NCBI GenBank assembly: GCA_973895155.1
Contig: OZ316893.1
Coordinates: 7,154,963-7,218,962, forward strand
Origin: Marsupella aquatica
Lineage: Eukaryota > Plantae > Marchantiophyta
DNA length: 64,000 bases
Reading direction: 5' to 3'
Shown: piece after piece, positions 25,765-39,104 of the stretch
Numbering within the stretch: the stretch's first letter is position 1
Layout: each line of letters begins with the position of its first letter
Position numbers and translations under genes: made by a program
Notes under the pieces: generated by a model
The model's database searches: none
The model's input: only the letters and a program-made list of their open reading frames with translations
Told to the model about the DNA's origin: nothing

Positions 25765-26714
25765 GCCGCTTGTTCGATCTTCGACAGCGATGGATATGGC
25801 TCTACTCGACTTTGACACGGCCTGCGAGCTCGATCGATAGTGCCGTGAAGAAAGCACCTGCGAACTACTTGCTTCACTCACTGTTCAGGCAAAGCGTCAT
25901 CCTAGTCCACCCTTCATCCAATGTGTGATTGATCTCCTGGACCGGCCCATGAGCGAAACTTCTCATGACTAGCATTACTTCTTGCAAACGAAATGATCCC
26001 AGATCCATTTTCACATAATCAAACATTGTGTCGAGCAACGGTTCCAAAAACGCTGCGCTGAATCCGAGCTAGACCAACAGCGTGGAAGATCGCTTGACGG
26101 TGGTCTTCATCGGCATCGGTCCGTGTACCATCGTCGTGAACAAAGCGGTGTGCCTTCATCAGTTTTAGCCCAGTTAGACGCCAAAGTGATTAGTCGGCGA
26201 AGTCTTAGCACCTGGGGAAGCATTGGGAGTGTGAGGACTGAGTATCGGGCGCAAGGACCCTCTTGTGTGATTCATTGGTTACGAATACCTTTCCAAATAT
26301 GTGAGATCAATAATTGCAGTGCCTGCTGGATGGGGTATGGGGTCCTCCACAGTCGATGCGATTGTCGACAACACAACAAGCCGAATCAATGCAATTGGCG
26401 GAACTAAACCTTTTGTAGATTCTTACTTGATTGTTTGCTACAGTAACGAGTATAATGTTTCACCTGGGTACGAATTTAAAAAAAAGACGGGGCGATCTGA
26501 TCAGGCACCACCAGCATGGGTTGATAATGATAGAATTTTAAGAAACCACTCCTTGTAGCTGTACGAAATTCAGCTGGTCGAAGGCATCGTTGAATCGTTG
26601 TCAGTCTCAGAATGATACGATCGAATGAGTCACTTTGCCTTCCCCCATCCGCTGCATACATTGTGTCTTTTCAGTGTTATTGACTTGCAAGATTCGAGAA
26701 GGACCCACCAGTAT

Positions 26715-26755
26715 TCTCTCTCTGTCTGACTCTCTCTCTCTCTGCAGTGCCTCCA

Positions 26756-26791
<36 letters not shown>
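26715..26791. repeat. (TC)n microsatellites
   Basis: Interrupted TC runs, the longest at ~26759-26791, within a short duplicated unit (TCTC..GCAGTGCCTC). Confidence 0.9.
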
Positions 26792-26796
<5 letters not shown>

Positions 26797-27201
26797 GTGC
26801 CTCAAAGTGTCGCTGCAGGAGGGATTTTTATATGCCTCCAACAGGTCTCCAATCTCCGTCATTACTTTAAAACAATCACAAGAACCCACGTGCAGGAGCA
26901 GGACCGAGTGATTTTCTGGAAGATTGATCTCTTTGTACTCTTTCTAATCGGGGCTTTTACAAGACGGTGGTGTCTCTCCAGTCTCCATCCAACGGCCCTT
27001 TCCTTACACAAAAGTTAAGTGCCTGAGCATGTGTAAGGTCACTCAAACGAAGCTGCCGTTTGCTCCAGGTTTTTTGGACCACCTCTTGAGGTCTAAGTTT
27101 TTGACAAGAAAGCTTGCACACATCGAAGGAAAAAGGGGCCAGTGAGAGATGAGAGATGACTTCGTAATGCTTTTGCTTGATTGTGCCCTCAAGTTCATGT
27201 C

Positions 27202-27244
27202 TGTCAATGTTTCAAAACTGTCAATGTTTCAAAACTGTCAATGT
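27202..27244 (+). repeat. 17-bp tandem repeat x2.5
   Basis: TGTCAATGTTTCAAAAC repeated exactly. Confidence 0.9.
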
Positions 27245-27999
27245 AACCGCCTTATTTACCTTTCATATTTTATCAAACATAAAAAATTCATTTTAAAAAA
27301 CAGTCATCTCTATGAAAGTAATAATTAAACTAATAACCACCACTATTATGATTAGGAGGTTCAGATTGTTGCAGGGAATTTGCAAGGGACCTCTCATGGG
27401 CGTCCATAATTAAATAGAGTTAATAGAGTTGGATAGGTTCCTCCCACTCCCAATTCAAGCTCCCACTGTGAACCTTCTTGGAGAGAATTCTGGTAGGTGC
27501 CTACCATAGATATGGTAGTGCATGAAGTCGATCAGGTGACCAGTAAACAACATGGAGGAGCTGGATGGATGGAGCCAATAGCCCAAAACCAAGTTGTGAG
27601 TTAGCAGTCGTGACCTATCTGTACAATATAGATTTGACAGCATCTATATTCATTTTTTACAATGGGGTTTCTTGCACTGTAGTTCAAAACCTTGCTAATG
27701 GTTGAGGACAATTGTATTATTCAATAAATGGTTGTGTCCATTGTATTATGGTTTAGAACAATTGAGGTCAATGTCATGAGATACTCATGATAATTAAAGG
27801 ATAGGTTTGTCATCTGATGTGACATTCACAAGTTTCTCTTAGTCGATCTTCTTCAACAATTTCAAATAAAATTATGTTCATGGTTGGTACTACTGCAGTT
27901 TTAACATCAAATACTTTCATAGTTGAGAAGGAATTTATGTTAGTCTTCACAGGACACATTCATATGAAATGTTTGTACATGTCAACAGAGCAAACATTG

Positions 28000-28066
28000 A
28001 TGTCTAAAGGAAGCATAGGCTACAAACCCTACTAGATGTAGTGTAGCGTATGCTTCCTTTAGACAT
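28000..28066. repeat. Near-perfect 25-bp inverted repeat (hairpin)
   Basis: ATGTCTAAAGGAAGCATAGGCTACA (28000-28024) pairs with TGTAGCGTATGCTTCCTTTAGACAT (28042-28066), one mismatch, 17-nt loop. Confidence 0.9.
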
Positions 28067-30428
28067 AGTAGTAGGCATCCATACTCAGGAGGTAGTGAGT
28101 TCCTTGGGGGCCTCAATCCAGGTCCCAAATCACGCGCATAGTTTTCAAGTAATAAACACCCTAAAACTTAAGAAAATATAGTAAATTTTTACTATTTTTA
28201 ACCCCTAGCTTTATGGAATATTTTAGGAATGTTTTTAAGTCGGGTGTTAAATTTGGTATTATGAACCCCTATTCTCAAATCGGATTAAAACACCCATATT
28301 TTCATTCAACAAAATTTTTAAAGTCTTCAGCCAAATTGAAATACAAAACCCCTAACTACTTTGCGCACAATAGGTCGAAAGAAAAGAAACGAGGACCCCC
28401 GGAAGAAAAGAAGTGAGGACCCCGGGGTGAGTGCACTTCAGTGTGGAGGCAGACTCTCGAGTTAAAAATTGCAATCCACCCCAAAGTTTAGTACACTCTA
28501 CAGTCACACAAGGGTACATTTGGAGGTGGGCAGCTCATTGGCAGGATTGGCTTGATGTGAAGGAAATAAAACTTGTTTAGCTCTGCCCTTCCTTCCAACA
28601 TAAACAAAAGCAGGCAGGATTTGAGGGGCAGGTAGGGCCCACAGGCATGACACTGAACTCTCTTAAAATTGTATATCAAGCTGCCAAAAACAAAGGGCAC
28701 CCAACCAGGAAACATGATCCCTCAAGCAAAAATACTCTTAAAACCTTTGAATTATCAGTATATGACAATTTTCCAACTATCAGTTACCAGGCAGATAGTT
28801 AATTCCTGGATCAGACAACTATAATTAGGACTAGATGTTTGTGTCCCAACCCAATATAGTCCAATGTAAAAGGAAAACATGACCACCCTCAAACAAGTGA
28901 TTGTGTTGCCGTAGTTGACTGAAACCTATAGTTATGAATGCTGCAAACATAATTATATTTGTGTGTCTCTAGTTCCGATTAGCTCTCTTATTCTTCGCTC
29001 ATCTACTTTGCTCATCTACTACTCTACAAAAATGCAAAGATTAATTGATGAAAATGCACAAAGCATAATTATGTTTGTCTGTCCCTCGTTCTCATTACTC
29101 TTGTGCTTTTGGATTCTACGCCGGTGATTAAAAAACGCACTCACTGTTAGGGTATCAGGATTGGCAAGTGCTGAGCCCGATATTTCAGGGTCTCCACAAT
29201 TCTGGACGACGGTTCCTGGAAAACTCATTAATGACTCTTGAGAGGACCCACCAAGGGCCCACTCACTCCTATTCCCATAGAACAAATAAATTTGGTAAAA
29301 TACCTTTCTTGTTGAGTAACTTTTCAAACATAGTTCTCAAAAGGCAACTGACAGAAACCCATAATTCCTTGACGGAACTGAACCCCCATCTCTTAACCCA
29401 ACCCAGCACAAACCCATCCGTTCACAGTCTAACCCACAGTAAACCCAGGACGGACACCCCGGCCGTGATTGCCATGGTTGTGGTCGCTGCAGCAGTTCAC
29501 CACTGGTTGTCGCCCTTCTTGAAGACATCCCCTGAGATGTCTTCATTCAAATTTTGTTGAATACATGCAACACTATGTCTTCGTTCAAAAAATGGAAAAC
29601 AAAAAAGCGAACGCAGTTTTGGCGGCATCATTTCTCAGTTCCACAACATTTTGATTGGCCGCATCTCCTCTTGGGTTTTCTGAATCGCAGTTGTTCACAA
29701 GGTTGATTTTAGGAGACAGTGGAGCTTGAGAAAACTTCTTTGAATGACTATGTGATCCTTTGATTGGAACTGATTGTTAGCACCAAGATGCAGCTGACAG
29801 TTGTAATGCAGTTGACAGTTGTGAGGCCAATCACGCCGTCTGCCCTTACGCCATGGTCGGGCGTTCTCTTACCTCTGTACTCGTTTAGAATGTACTCAAG
29901 CTTGCACTTCTACTAACATGCTTGCCTGAAAGCTTATTCTTCCATGGTACATCATTGCTCTTGGTTAATGCTCGTGAATCCATCTTTAATTTTGTCCAGA
30001 CTTGGTACAGAAAGCTTGAAGTGTATCATTGAAACTCATTTTGTGTCCTGTAAGGACATGGAAGACATATCAGCCTTTGTCTTGGGATTGACCTGTGAGT
30101 TTGGCCCTAAAGCCTTTGTCTGAAAAAGAAAAATAGAACTCAAAGATTTAATTTGGACTGATTTACCATCCATAGCATATTTATGATAAAAAACAACTAA
30201 CACATCAAATTTAGAGCAGCTCAAATTAATTTGTAGGATCCCATAGTACGCTCCATGCACACCCATTAGCACTAGCCAAATCCAGGCTCTATCAAGCTGA
30301 AGTGAAGCGGCTCCTCCCTCCTGAACTCCTATTGCAGAATACTTAGACCGGGTATTTGACCATCAGCATCGTGCTACACTGAAAGAGGCTACTTAATCCT
30401 AGCGAAAGCATCTGCTTCTAGATGTGGT

Positions 30429-30715
30429 CTCGGGGGGTTGACTATCAAAAATCTTAGGAACCACGTGCGATCCAAAATATGTATTTTTGCTAGAAATTAA
30501 CTAAATTTTTAAAAAGCGTAGGAGGCAAAAGAAGGTATTATAAACTTATGTTTATAGAATATTCTCTAATATATACCTTTTATAAAGTAAAATAGGTTAT
30601 TAATATTGAAAATGGAGAATATTCTTGAAATATTTTCTTTATAAAATAGGTCTATTTATATTACGCTAGGATCGCACGTGGTACCCCAAAATATACACTT
30701 AGTTAACCCCCCGAG
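30429..30715. mobile_element. MITE (287 bp) with ~45-bp TIRs and an exact 8-bp TSD GATGTGGT
   Basis: GATGTGGT|CTCGGGGGGTTGACTA..CCACGTGCGATCC ... GGATCGCACGTGG..TAGTTAACCCCCCGAG|GATGTGGT, with a very AT-rich interior. A related deleted end lies at ~46499-46546. Confidence 0.9.
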
Positions 30716-31171
30716 GATGTGGTATATATTCTTCTCTTAGAAATGTTGTTGTTTTACCAGCCTCCTCCAATTAAATCCATGTGAGGAAGTGGTGGCGGAA
30801 TCATTGAGAACACGGAAGAGGGACTAGCTATCTCTCGTTCTTGACTTCCAAGTTCATGTAAATGCTTAAGGGGAAAAATGAAGTCGCCGCAGACGAGTAT
30901 ATCACTCCGGTCCGGAATGATCTCGAAGAATGCCTTTTGAAAGAAGACATGCCACTGAATGTCTTCAAAAAGCGCACATAACAATCTCAAAATCACCTTG
31001 GGCGACTACGCGATTGCCATTTGGGTTAATAGAGGGTTAGCAGGACAGAAGTGAGTTTGGTTCCGTCAAGTTCCTCCACATTCAGTCTGTTGCTCATGGA
31101 GGAGAGGAGGGAAAGTGAAATGAATTCACTCAAGTGAATTGGTGATGTGGTAAGAGAATATAAGAGATGGG

Positions 31172-31550
31172 TGTTAGATATTGCTCTAGTCTTGTGACTC
31201 ATAAGCTAACCACAGTTAGTCTAACTCGGGTTAGGACTTAGCTAATGTTAGCGGTAGTGCTGTTGTGCATATAGCCAGGGCTGATGCTAGACCCTGGGTG
31301 GAACTTACTTAGGCTCATTGTTACGGAGCTAGTTGAGAGATAGGGAGAGCTTGTGCTGTGGATTTCCAACTGATACATCCTCCTCTCCATCATACTGCTC
31401 TCATAAATGTTGAAGTAATCATACACTCGTAACCATTTTTTAACCCCGAATAACCGACTGCCCACCCTCTGGTTCAATTAAGTAATTAATTAATTAATTA
31501 TATATCCTGCACTCGCTTATCCTCTGGATCACACAGAGGGTATCCTAACA
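31172..31550. mobile_element. Possible solo LTR
   Basis: Termini TGTTAGATA ... TATCCTAACA (TG..CA with a short inverted repeat), 379 bp. No matching 4-6-bp TSD found. Confidence 0.35.
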
Positions 31551-34390
31551 ACTTCTCTTCGAACTGCTTTATGTTTCGTTGAGCCCTAGGGGAGAAAGCA
31601 CTCGAGTCAATGGCCACAACAGCCATTCAATTCAAAACAGATGGGGGTCCACGAACTAATTAGAGTCTTTGAGGTTTGGGTCTTGCATTCACCCACTTGG
31701 CATGGCAGCTCCAATGCAATTTCACGTGAAACCAAACACAGATTGGCTGTGCTGTTGTGGTAGGATTTGCAAGTGAGCAATGTAGCTCATGCAAACCATG
31801 AGGACCAAAATCACCCCAAAATCTAGTTGATATCATGAAGAGGTAGCAATACTAGATTTCCAACACATCAAAGAATATAACCAACCGGCTTTCCGTTGGG
31901 AAGATATTACCATTTTGGTATCTCCCTTAATAGCATGAGTGTCAAACTTCTAAACTTGGGCTCGCCCCTATCCCATTGAGAGAGACTCCACTCCCCTCAT
32001 ATATGCTTCTAGTGACTTGTCACCCCAAATCAATTTTGGTTCCATATTTTTGGCCTCATAATACTCCATTCCCTGGGGAATCACTCATTGGATTATTAAA
32101 ATGGGGTGTAAACAAATGAAGATTATTTTTAATCTTATCAGTGAGACTGATCATTATAATCAAAAACTTATACTAAAGGGGCATTTAAAAATCCCATTTT
32201 GGTAAAATATCATTTTTATAATCAGCAAGGTATTTTTAATTGAATTTATTTTTTAATTTATTTTTGCAAATTTCATTGATTTGTTCTCACATGTTTTAGG
32301 TGTACTACTCTAAGTGATTCCCCATGGACTTCACTGCACTCAAGTCTGCAAGGAGCTCTCACTCACTTCCTCAAAACTCAGAGTCTGGAACTGTCCACCT
32401 TGAGCCCGGCCCTGTTCATGGCCCAAGTAGCTCCTGCTGCTGGTTGGAGTCATGTATGCGCGACCCTAGCTCAGCACATCACTTTTGCTAGTGTACCATT
32501 TGCTTGCTCTCAAGTCTCCCAATGCATACTTAGTCCCTTCTGAATGGCCATCCCATGGCAGCCATAGGGGAGCTAAGTGGTAGAGTACTAGTCAAATTTT
32601 GTGATTGAGGTCAATATCCAAAACGCTTGTCAAAATGATATATGTTTCTATACACTAACAAGATGGATATTAAATGGATATAAGGTCCCACTTTTGTGAT
32701 GATGGAGTGCAAGTTTAGAATAAGAAGTGGTCATCCAGTTTACTTTGGTGAAGATGTATAGTTCCACAAGTGCTAATGTATTCTAATTAAAGCCACTATA
32801 AAGCTCACAAATGTTGCCAATGTCTGGTCAATCCGTCATAGTATATACGCTCCTCTCAATTGAAAGATTTCTAATCATTATAATGTGTGTTTAAAAATAA
32901 TATATGTACACTTGTCATCAGAACAAGAATAACAATTAAAGTTAGCATTTTTCTAAGCAAATGTGGAGGGGCAAACCCCCTAAAGAGAAGATTCTGGTTG
33001 TTCAAGTAAAATTATTAATTAAAGCAAGTTGACTGTTCTCATCCATAGTTACCATCCTCTCTCGCTTTTAGTGCACACATCTTCACACTCTATGCAGCCC
33101 CACAGTTGGGGTTTTTGTCGCCCTAGGGCCCTATGTCATATTAGGGCTTATTTTTGTGGCAAACTCATCCAATATATGTCCTTGCCAAGGCACACTATCA
33201 TCCACTACGAGAAGTAGACTATATATGGCCTGAACTTGAGCATGTTGTAATGTCACTGAAATGCGTTGATGAAAGTGCATGGTTTTTGAGATAGCAGGGG
33301 TCTGGTGGGACCCATGCGACCATGAATATCACAAGCAACCTGCCAAAGAAGCCCATTCAAACTGATGATGGAGACCCCCAACAGATCTCAAGAGCTAGGG
33401 GGAGGAAGCTATCAGATGAAGCTCGGGCAACATATTTTTGGCCTCCTTTTTCATTGTGGCTTGTGATGTCGTGTCCCAATTCAGTGATGTCCTAGCACAA
33501 AGGGTTTGCCACTACTATATTTGCCAAAGTATGCTGACCATTATGGACCATGGTAAGATCAATCTATAACTGGTTTGATGGAGGACCAGGAAATTTGAAC
33601 ACCACCTCTTGCTGCACATGGAGCAAAGATCTCAAGAGAACCTAAGGAGTTGTATCCCCCACACCATCATGAACAAGGATGGTTTTGCCACCCAAAGTAC
33701 ATCAAATAAGATGGACACCTATGGCATGAGAGGCTTCCCACGTGTGAAGGAAGTAGGTGAACCCACAAGAAGTGGGCGGGACAATCCTACGCAAAAACAC
33801 ATGGCTGTCAAGAACTCCTATGAAGATATCTACAAATGATGAATGGTTGGATTGGCCTGAAGCCAGCCTCCTACGCCCTCCCCTCTAGAAAAAAGAATCT
33901 GATGGGCAACAATTAAATTAGGAGTTTCCTAGGAACAACTAGTCCAAAATGGGCCCTTCTATAACCATATTAGTGGTCCTTGGATTCATAGTTGCCCAAT
34001 GCAAATTATTAATTAGTTTTGCTTTCAGACCCTATTTTGTCTGTTTTAAAATTTTAAGAGATTCTAAATTATAGATGTTTCCCTGTGGATTTCATGATGA
34101 ATTCTGATGAAATCTGAATTTAAAAAACATTTAAATTTATCCATGTCACAGTTTTCCTTGGCCCTTTACTTTGTGCAATAATGTTTTTGACATTTGATAG
34201 GTGATTCTGCTTTTTCCAACGCAAAACAACATTTGTACTCACTAATTTCCAAAATTATTTTTGATGAGCGGCAGACATTATTCTAAGAAATATTGATTAA
34301 AGCCTAAATATAATTACCACCACAAAAATGTTTATTCCAGAAGTTCACCCCACGTGGACCAGTAGGTTGTCTGTGGACATCCACATGGAA

Positions 34391-34525
34391 AGTGACAAAG
34401 AGATGGACCACTTTACACTAACTTTGGCCTTTTGGCCCTTTGCTTTTTTTCCCTTGATTGGGCTGTGTATGTGACAAAGAGATGGACCACTTTACCCTTT
34501 GGAGTTTTCTCCCTTGATTGGGTTT
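34391..34525 (+). repeat. Tandem duplication of ~79 bp
   Basis: Two copies of GTGACAAAGAGATGGACCACTTTAC..TCCCTTGATTGGG. Confidence 0.85.
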
Positions 34526-35364
34526 GTTGCTTTTGTTGCCTGAGTGATTTGTCTCCTGGTTGGGCGCTTTAGTTTTTGGCAGTTTGATACATTGACATAT
34601 ACTTTGCACCTAAACATGAGTGAATCTTGCTATAAATAAAAGTCAAAAATATTATCTTACACTCGCTGTTCACTTACACTTATGTTACACTAAGGAGATT
34701 GTGAGCCTAAAAGTTAAATGTGAACATGGATGGACACGACCAAAGGATCACATTCGATATTCATTTAAAATCTTCTGTAGGTTGACATTGGAAATTCCCT
34801 GAAGAGCTTCTTGTAAACAAGACCAGTGCTATGGAAAAAATAGGATTTTGTACCTCCGCAGTGGCAAAATTACTCAAAGTGCTCTCTTTGAAAACATGAT
34901 TATACAAAACACACAAATTAAGATATATGATAGCTCTGTAACAGCAAAATTAGGCAAGACCCTCCTTATAACAAAAGCAACATTGAAAAACAGGATGATG
35001 CCACCACTGTCCCGCAAATTAAAGTCTCCAAGTGCTCCGCATTGGCAAATTATCCAAACTACTCCTTGTAAGCAGAGTAACATTCTCTGAAAAACAATAT
35101 TCTAGATACAACAATATACCCACAAGTTGTATAGGCACTTCGGAATTATAAATGCCCTTAAATCCCAAAGTATTGCATAGAAAACTTGCAATGTCTTTGT
35201 GAGATTCAGCTGATTTTAGTTGTGACCATTAGGCAACTACTGGAGGCAATATGAGTAAAATGTGAAGCACTCACTTTACTCACAGTTCTAGGTAAAAGGC
35301 TTGGTAAGGTACTCTAAGACCTAAATGACATAAATACACCTTAAAATTTCTCTTTGTTTCTTAA

Positions 35365-36130
35365 ACCACGCATCGGGGTATTTAAAGGGGTATTTAAAGC
35401 AGCATGGTACTGTACAGCCATAAATGCTGGGCAGGGCGCATGGAAGTCCAGGATTGGGGCAGGAGAGATGGCTCACAACTCCAAACTTCACTAAATTTCA
35501 TTGTAAAAACTATATACTCATTTTTGAAACTAAAAACACCCAACTGTAGATCTTGTCGAGAGCTCTCTTTTGCACCCTAGAGACAGACAAGATTTTAAGA
35601 TGCAATAAACAATGAATGGCAGAGATTGCAAAATTAACGAATTGACGGCCAGGAGCGCTTAGATTTGTTTTATTTTTAATTTGAGAAATATAAACCCATT
35701 TACAGAACGGAAAAAACCCATCCATAGATCTCCTCGAGGTCTTTCTTTTGAGCCATAGATTGACCAATATGATAGACGGATGAGATTTGTGGAGGCAAAA
35801 CAATCAGACGGCTTAGATCGATCTTCCCCCAGAAATTCAAATTTTGAATCCAGCCAATCAGAGTGCACCATTCGTTTTTCTATCATTTCTCCTGAAATAA
35901 TAAACCATTTTGTGTGAGATTTTTTGGAGACGTAGATCTCAACGAGACCTACGATTTGAGCCATAGATCACATCCTATGGCTGAGGGTAGGCGCAGCTAT
36001 GAGCGTCGATCGTATGGTGGAGGGGAGGCGTTGCTGCGTAGCCCGTCTTTTTGCTGTATGGGATGCACTTCGTATGGGGACTCCGCATTACGCGGCTTTA
36101 TGCAGAGCCCCTTATACTCGGATGCGTGGT
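35365..36130. mobile_element. Non-autonomous TIR element (~766 bp) flanked by TTAA on both sides
   Basis: TTAA|ACCACGCATCGGGGTAT ... ATACTCGGATGCGTGGT|TTAA. A related end TTAA|ACCACACCTGCCAGTATAA occurs at ~58049-58075. Confidence 0.75.
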
Positions 36131-38654
36131 TTAACAAAACGGGTTGGCGTAACCAGCTTTCCAATTTAAGGCTAGAGGGAGAAGGTGAGTGAAAGAATCA
36201 ACCCAAACTTGCAATCATTGGTGATCTCTGGCCTTTGACATGGTACTTTTTAGACAAAACTTAATATGGTACCCAAAGTATCTTTCTTTGTTTAAGGCCC
36301 GTCCATCCAGATTTTGACTTGTCCATGGAGGCTTCAAAGACAGCATCTCAGTCCACGTGGGCTTAATTTACTTTAATCCACATCTCTACATTTGTCTTCT
36401 TAATGTTCACATAGCATAAGTTGCATTGTTAGTTAGTGGCTTTGGACCCGTCCAAATCCAGAGCACACAACTTCTGGCCTCCAACAACAAAAAGTATGAT
36501 CTAATTGCACTAGCAGGTGCTACAGCAGTTCAAATTAAGAGGTCTAAAGATATTGTGTGGTCATTGAAAAAGGTACTGTGATTGTGAAAAATACTTATCC
36601 TTGTGTAAGACATGGAAAGTGCTGTGGTTGCAAGCTGCAAGGGGATTTGAATCATGGTTGCAGGTGGAAAGAAGAGTTGAAAGAAGTGGTGCACAAAATG
36701 TTGTGTATACCGCTAGGAGAGGGTCAAGGCACACACGAAGAGGGGAATTTGGAAAAGAACTGGGGTCCATCCATGGCCACAAAGGAAGAAACACAGACCG
36801 CAGTAACACGAAGGGTACTAGAGAAATCAATGGTTTTTCTTTTGGGTTTTGTTAAGGCTTGCAAAGTTGTACTCGCATATCGCTATAGGCAATGGTTAGC
36901 AAAGGTATCTAAATACTACAACTGCATATTTAGGCAAAGATTAGGAAAGGCATCTAAAAAAACTCACGGCTAAGGATGAATCTGGTCCAACTTCCAATTC
37001 TCTGGCAATTCTAATATGACAAAATCATTGTATATTTAGGTCTTATAATTATTTAACACGTTATATCCGTTGTGCACTGGTCCGGGGCACTGGTGTAACA
37101 GGACGATGGAGGTGAGACAAAACGAGTAGATCCCATAGAGACTAGAATCAACTTGGCAATGCGCTAGACAGCATCTGGTTAGTCAGTGGATCAAGCAGGC
37201 TGCTAAGATTAGGAAAGTGATACAGCTTACGGATGCAGTGATGCACTTGCAACAGCTGGATGCTACTGAGGATTTGGAATGAAAGATGCAATTGTTTTCG
37301 GAACGATGGTGGTGCCCCTTGCGTCCTTTGCGTGCTAGAATTTAGTTGAGGATCTGCATGGAAAGTGCCGGCACCCACATGCATAGTCACTGCCTGTATT
37401 TTAGTTGAGAGTGCCAAGATTGGCTCAGTACACTCTGTTACGATCACCCAAAATTTTCTTCTTCGGGACCACCTCAGGTCTCCCTCCCATCTGAACGATT
37501 GTGGTTCATTTTCTGAATTGGGTTGGCTTCCTTTTTCGTGTATTGCTTTGCGTTCTCCCGTCACAATGGTTTACTTATAGAAATTACTCCAGCCCATGCT
37601 TAGAGAATTAAACTTGCGTACATCATTTTGTTCCGACAACAATGGACAGGATATTCATTTTTTTCTCTGGCGGACAAGGAAAGACAGACAAGTTCATGAA
37701 TTCAATGTGATGAGAAGCTTCTTGAACACATACCTTACATACAGAAAGTGGTAATAATCCGAGTGACTCATTGCTGTTAGGCATCTAGAACACTGTACGA
37801 CTCAACAGAAGCTGGTCGGCTCCGGAAACCTGGCTATTTTTATTTGTCTCGGAAAGAAAAGAAACAACACCAGCCTGGAGATTTGAAATCTGCACGACGT
37901 CAATTATTCAGGCTTTTCATGATCATCCTTGCCAGCTGCAACGGCAAGTCCCTACTACGCCGCCTCTTTCAAGATGAAAATCTGTTTTCGGACACTTGAA
38001 AAGCCTGTAGACTGAGATTGTCAGAAACCTTTGGACTCACATCTAAGACTTGTGACTGAAAATTTATTAGTTTCAATGTGAATTGGATAGATCAAGTTTT
38101 GCAAGATTTGTTGAGAGCTAAAGATCTCACTCTACTAATCAAGCCAGGCGCTCATTTCATTCTATGAATACTGCAACGAATGTTTCGATCTGGCATGGTC
38201 CTGGATCCTCTAAAGACCGTGGATCACATTGTTAGGCAGATACAACGATTCTCTTTCACTGCAAGCAACAGACTCAAGCAGGGAGTACGTCATTACTCCC
38301 TTCAGAAGGTCTTTCATAAACAAGTTCGCACGATTATTTACTAGTCGTCTCAAATTGGGTACAAGGATACTCGAGAATCCAGTAGTATTGCAAACGCTGA
38401 ACTCAAGTTACAGATAGCACCAACAATTAAATTCGACCTGCCGAGCTCTGACGAATCAGGACTATGACGGATCAGGAGACGCGCTTCTTTCCTTTGGCTA
38501 ACTGACAGTATGCCTTGTCCTCTCTCGAGTAGAAAGAACTGAATTCCGGATCTCTGACAATGATGACGTCCTTAATTTGTCGCAGCTATGATGCAGAGTG
38601 CTCACTAAGAGGTGGAATTATTGCAGTTTCATTGAGAAACAAACTTGACTGACA

Positions 38655-39104
38655 TCATTTCCAGCTACCCAGCATCGATCGCATGAAGGCTGGATCACGT
38701 TTCATGTATTCAATGTACATGAGTTCCGCCTCGTTGAATATGCATTCGCTCGATTGAATCTTTCGACCGGGGTTCTTCAACTGACCACCCATCGGGCCCA
38801 TTGCCATTCCCACGACGCATCTTTTAGATGCGAAACTCATCATCATATTGACATACGCATCTCTTAATCTGGCCAACAGGGCCAACGGAGAGATGATGCG
38901 GATTCTGATCTTTGGCATCCTGAGGCCCCAGGATCTCTTGGACTTGCTTCCCAGTCTATGCACCTTCGGCTTCCTCCTTCTGAAGTCCTTTCTGCCAACA
39001 AAACCACGCTTGCCGGTCTGCTCGTATGGATTTTTTTCGCTGCCTTTCCTCCCGTGTCGCCATGGGGAGGAAATGAGAACAGTGCGTTCATCGGTGGTGT
39101 CCAT
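38655..39104 (-). CDS. Conserved uncharacterised small basic plant protein (149 aa)
   Basis: ATG-started single-exon ORF with the pattern RSWGLRMPKIRIRIISPLALLARLRDAYVNMMMSFA, which I recognise from a widespread land-plant family of unknown function. It sits in CpG-normal unique DNA. Confidence 0.8.
   Translation of the reverse strand: MDTTDERTVLISSPWRHGRKGSEKNPYEQTGKRGFVGRKDFRRRKPKVHRLGSKSKRSWGLRMPKIRIRIISPLALLARLRDAYVNMMMSFASKRCVVGMAMGPMGGQLKNPGRKIQSSECIFNEAELMYIEYMKRDPAFMRSMLGSWK

Noticed and set aside
36557-37564. Two 138-aa ORFs
   Set aside because: Non-ATG starts and no recognisable domains or transposase motifs.
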